Origin: the human T2T-CHM13v2.0 reference genome, Homo sapiens
Length of the DNA stretch: 64,000 bases
Reading direction: 5' to 3' (one strand)
Assembly: GCF_009914755.1 (NCBI RefSeq)
Contig: NC_060932.1
The position numbers were made by a program, and so were the translations under genes. Each line of letters begins with the position of its first letter. Positions within the stretch are counted from its first letter, which is position 1. Below, piece by piece: positions 62,420 to 64,000 of the stretch. The notes below the pieces were generated by a model. That model saw nothing but the letters and a program-made list of their open reading frames with translations. It did not search any database and was not told where the DNA came from.

Positions 62420-63349
62420 CTACTTTCCAGGACCGTCTCTAACTGACAGAGCCTGTTTCACGCCTTTTTCTTCTTCCATTCTGTCCTCTTCACCTGCGGC
62501 TTCTGCTTTATTAGGGTTATGGGGCCCTAAGCCCCTCTTTTGTGAGGAACATTCAGCCAACACTTTGTTGCAGGCAGGGGAGTCGGCTGGCCTGAAGGTG
62601 CAGACACCACCCCAAGCTCCAGTGTCCTCTGGCCGCTGCTCCGCCAGCTCAGCTCATGACCCTCACGGGCAGCCGTCTTGCAAAGAAAGGCGATGAGTAA
62701 ACAAAGCATTTGCCACAGGAGTTTGGCTCAGATTTAATAGAGGACGTGTGCAGTCTTTCAGTGTTCCTCGGCCCACAAGCTTTAACCACTGTACAAACTG
62801 ATTTAGAACACTAAAGCTCCACTGTTTGTTTAGTGACTTTATTGACTCAATTCCCGCCTCTCAGGCAGGTGGCCCCGGCAGGCAGCCCCGTCATTGTTCT
62901 GACTGGGTTCTCCTCAGTGACACCGTGGCCTTCCTGCTGAGAGTTCCTTTCTTTATTTCATTTTTTCTGGTCCTTAAAAAGTTGGGCAATCAAGTCACAG
63001 TTACAGGTGTAGTGTTTCATTTTGAAAGAGGTTTAATTCACTCCAGTCAGCATTTGCAGCGGTCAAATTGGGTTTGTGGTGTAATACGGACTTTTCCACT
63101 TTCCCCTTGGCTAAAGCGAAGGGCTGATTTCCTGGGTGACCGTGAGGAGTGCCGTTACTATTGTGGCGTATTAACTCTTTCTGAACCTCGGGCCTCATTT
63201 GTCAGTGGCTTTCAAGGTGCCCTAATGTATAATTAAGATATACAGTAAGACAGATGCAAAGCGTTTGCAAACTTCCTGTGGTGCCTGGCTCCACTATTGA
63301 TTTGGCCCAAAACAAAAAATATTTTCATTGTTCATTGCAAGAACAACAT

Positions 63350-63590
63350 CATTTATTAAACATACACTGTGCAAAGTACATTGTCTAGTGAGGTTTTTCC
63401 TTAGATGCATTGGCTTCTTTGAGCATCACCATAAACTTTTGTGCTGGGTATTACTGCTGTCTTTTATCAGACAGGGACAGTGAGGACCGGAAAGGTGAAG
63501 TGGCTTGCCCACAGTCCCTTCATGTCTGGAGGCAGAGCAGGAATGTGATCCAAGTGACCTGACCACTTCCACTCATCAAGGAGAAAAGGA
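63350..63590 (-). mobile_element. MIR fragment
   Basis: aaaggtgaagtggcttgcccacagtc...ggcagagcaggaatgtgatccaag. Confidence 0.6.
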
Positions 63591-63817
63591 ATTCCCACAG
63601 GCTTTAAAAGGCGGTCACAGTCACATGAGTGGTCTGGTGAGCTATGCCTATAGTGGCACAAGTGGGTTTGCTGGGCTCGTGCCTCTCAGAGGCCACTTGG
63701 CAACTTCTCCCGGTGGCACAGCGCTGTCCTTGGACAACTACCTCAAGCTTTCTCATCAGAGGACAGAGCTCTTGTGTCACCTGATCTTGTTGCCGGTAAG
63801 GAAGTTGGGAGCAGCAT

Positions 63818-64000
63818 ATATGCACACACATTCTCTCAGACACACAGCCACATGCCCATTCACACAATGCACATTTGCATAACCACACGCACACTATCAG
63901 GCACACAGACATGCACACTCACACATTCACTCGGACACACACATACACTCTCAATACACTCATACATATACCCACGCACCTGTCCACCCTCGATACACTC
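63818..64000. repeat. Degenerate (CA)n low-complexity tract
   Basis: Interrupted cacacac runs continue to the end of the window. Confidence 0.85.

Overview
Primate (almost certainly human) non-coding genomic DNA dominated by interspersed repeats: about 28 Alu, FLAM and FAM copies, L1, L2, MIR and CR1 fragments, MaLR and ERV LTRs (THE1, MST, MLT1, MER21, MER41, LTR16-like) and hAT/Tigger DNA transposons. I cannot support any intact protein-coding gene; the ORF track is almost entirely Alu- or repeat-derived or chance ORFs. Two retrocopies are recognisable: a U7 snRNA pseudogene (9082-9141) and a disrupted RPL39 processed pseudogene (~39160-39590). Structure not explained by ordinary repeat annotation includes: a near-perfect 147-bp tandem duplication; three local dispersed duplications 1.1-1.5 kb apart, two of them with templated-insertion signatures; a 19-bp-stem hairpin; an Alu carrying 82 bp of orphan 5' sequence inside a THE1 LTR; a divergent pair of CTCF motifs; and a candidate germline-type regulatory region at 32-36 kb (ETS and RFX motifs next to an unusually CpG-retaining MSTA LTR). 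A possible decayed minus-strand coding relic at 15.8-22.8 kb is speculative. I found no demonstrably new biological system. Repeat subfamilies were called by eye from remembered consensus sequences, so boundaries of old elements are approximate.
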